The notes below the pieces were generated by a model. That model ran no database searches. It was not told the origin of the DNA and worked only from the letters and a program-made list of their open reading frames with translations. 15,383 bases of DNA from a virus (taxonomy: Duplodnaviria > Heunggongvirae > Uroviricota > Caudoviricetes). The stretch lies in the IMG/VR virus record IMGVR_UViG_3300020036_001703. One strand, given 5' to 3'. Shown piece by piece: positions 14,238 through 15,383 of this stretch (position 1 is its first letter; each line of letters starts with the position of its first letter). Position numbers and translations under genes: made by a program.

Positions 14238-14591
14238 ATGAATCAGTTTGCTAAAGCATCTATTAGTGCAATAACCAGAAATGGAACTTCAGTAACTTAT
14301 AAAACAGTTTCAACTGGAAGTTATAATCCAGCAACTGGTGCAGTTACTTCAACAGAGTCTTCAATTACTCTGAAGGCTTATCCTAAGCATATTAAGTTTA
14401 CTGCATTTAACCATCCAGACTTAATTGGAAAAGAAGGTGTGTTGTTTTACTTCACTGCTGAGAATTCCTTTGTCCCTAAATTATCTGACATTGTTGTATA
14501 TAACTCAGGTGAGTATATTGTGCAATCTATTCAAAGTCATTTTGCTCAAGGTGAAGTCATCCTTTACAGGGTTTTAACGATTAAAGGTTGA
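14238..14591 (+). CDS. head closure/head-tail joining protein
   Basis: GTSVTY...GSYNPATG motif and beta-rich profile; neck-module position. Confidence 0.65.
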   Translation: MNQFAKASISAITRNGTSVTYKTVSTGSYNPATGAVTSTESSITLKAYPKHIKFTAFNHPDLIGKEGVLFYFTAENSFVPKLSDIVVYNSGEYIVQSIQSHFAQGEVILYRVLTIKG

Positions 14592-14593
14592 CT

Positions 14594-15124
14594 ATGATTA
14601 AAGCAGACTTGTCAGCATTTAGATCTTCACTGGAAGAAGTTAAACTTAAGATGACAAGAGGTTTAGAATCTGTTGTTGAAGGTTTTATTTACAATATTAC
14701 AGTACAGGCTATTGATAATACTCCATATGGTACAGATAATGAGTTATACCATATGAAATCCAGATTGTACGCTGGATTATATCCTGAACCTGGACATGCT
14801 AAAGGTGGTTGGCAAGTTGTTACTGGTCAATTCCTAACAGGGTCATCTACTGGTCTTAGAAAAACATATCCAGCAAGGTCTGAACAAGCTTTTGATGTTA
14901 AAGAATATGCTGATGTTGCAAGTTCTAAATATAGACTTGGAGAAACAGTTCTGGTTGTTAACAATATTCCTTATGTTGCAAATGAAGGATTTACGTTACC
15001 TTGGATGAGATCAATCGAATCTGGATATTCAAATCAAGCTCCAAATGGTGTCATGGCTCCTACCATTTCTCAGATTGAAACAATCTATAAAAATAATCTT
15101 CTTGATTATTATGTTGAACAGTGA
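14594..15124 (+). CDS. neck/tail completion protein (HK97 gp10-like)
   Basis: DNTPYG...G.AKGGW...NNIPY..NEG...SNQAPNGVMAP pattern; ATG 14594 follows AAAGGT. Confidence 0.6.
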   Translation: MIKADLSAFRSSLEEVKLKMTRGLESVVEGFIYNITVQAIDNTPYGTDNELYHMKSRLYAGLYPEPGHAKGGWQVVTGQFLTGSSTGLRKTYPARSEQAFDVKEYADVASSKYRLGETVLVVNNIPYVANEGFTLPWMRSIESGYSNQAPNGVMAPTISQIETIYKNNLLDYYVEQ

Positions 15125-15131
15125 GGATTAA

Positions 15132-15383
15132 ATGCGATCATTAATTAAAAGTAAAAGAGCATGTGAAAAGCATTTATCTACTTTGACACCAACATTACCA
15201 ATTGCGTATGAAGGGGTTGTATTTACACCTCCTACTGGAATGTATGAAAGTTGTCAATTTGTTATTCAGTCTCCTGATGATCCTGTATTTGGTACAGGTT
15301 ATTTTAGAGAAAGATTTGATTTTCAAGTCTTTGTGATTGGACCTTATAACAAAGGTACTACTGATGCACTTGAACGTGCTGAA
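15132..15383 (+). CDS. tail terminator-like protein (DUF4128-like), truncated by the window end
   Basis: Open frame MRSLIKSKRACEKHL...IAYEGVVFTPP...FQVFVIGPYNKGT after GAGG; no stop before the window end. Confidence 0.65.
   Translation, partial: MRSLIKSKRACEKHLSTLTPTLPIAYEGVVFTPPTGMYESCQFVIQSPDDPVFGTGYFRERFDFQVFVIGPYNKGTTDALERAE

Overview
AT-rich segment of a tailed dsDNA phage genome. The order is: PhoH, ClpP-like protease, degenerate HNH gene, a cluster of 9 tRNA genes, terminase small and large subunits, portal, an inserted accessory cassette, XkdF-like prohead protease, scaffold, head decoration protein, major capsid protein, and neck/head-completion genes. From memory this order resembles rV5/phi92-like myoviruses; that is an inference, not a database result. 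The ORF track hides that terL is split into three exons (4443-4529, 4762-5988, 6757-6930; 495 aa spliced) by two group I introns. One intron is ORF-less and sits in the Walker A motif. The other sits in the nuclease DD motif and carries an HNH-like ORF. Other notable points: (1) a tRNA-Leu with the rare A34 anticodon AAG matches the capsid gene's CUU bias (17 of 20 Leu codons); (2) a tRNA-Phe carries a 22-nt hairpin insertion; (3) a tRNA-Ile has a compensatory U19-A56 elbow pair; (4) a ~60% GC beta-helix (depolymerase/tailspike-like) gene and an antisense AT-rich moron with its own sigma70 promoter lie between portal and protease; (5) a structured leader containing an anti-SD sequence precedes a small Zn-finger gene.
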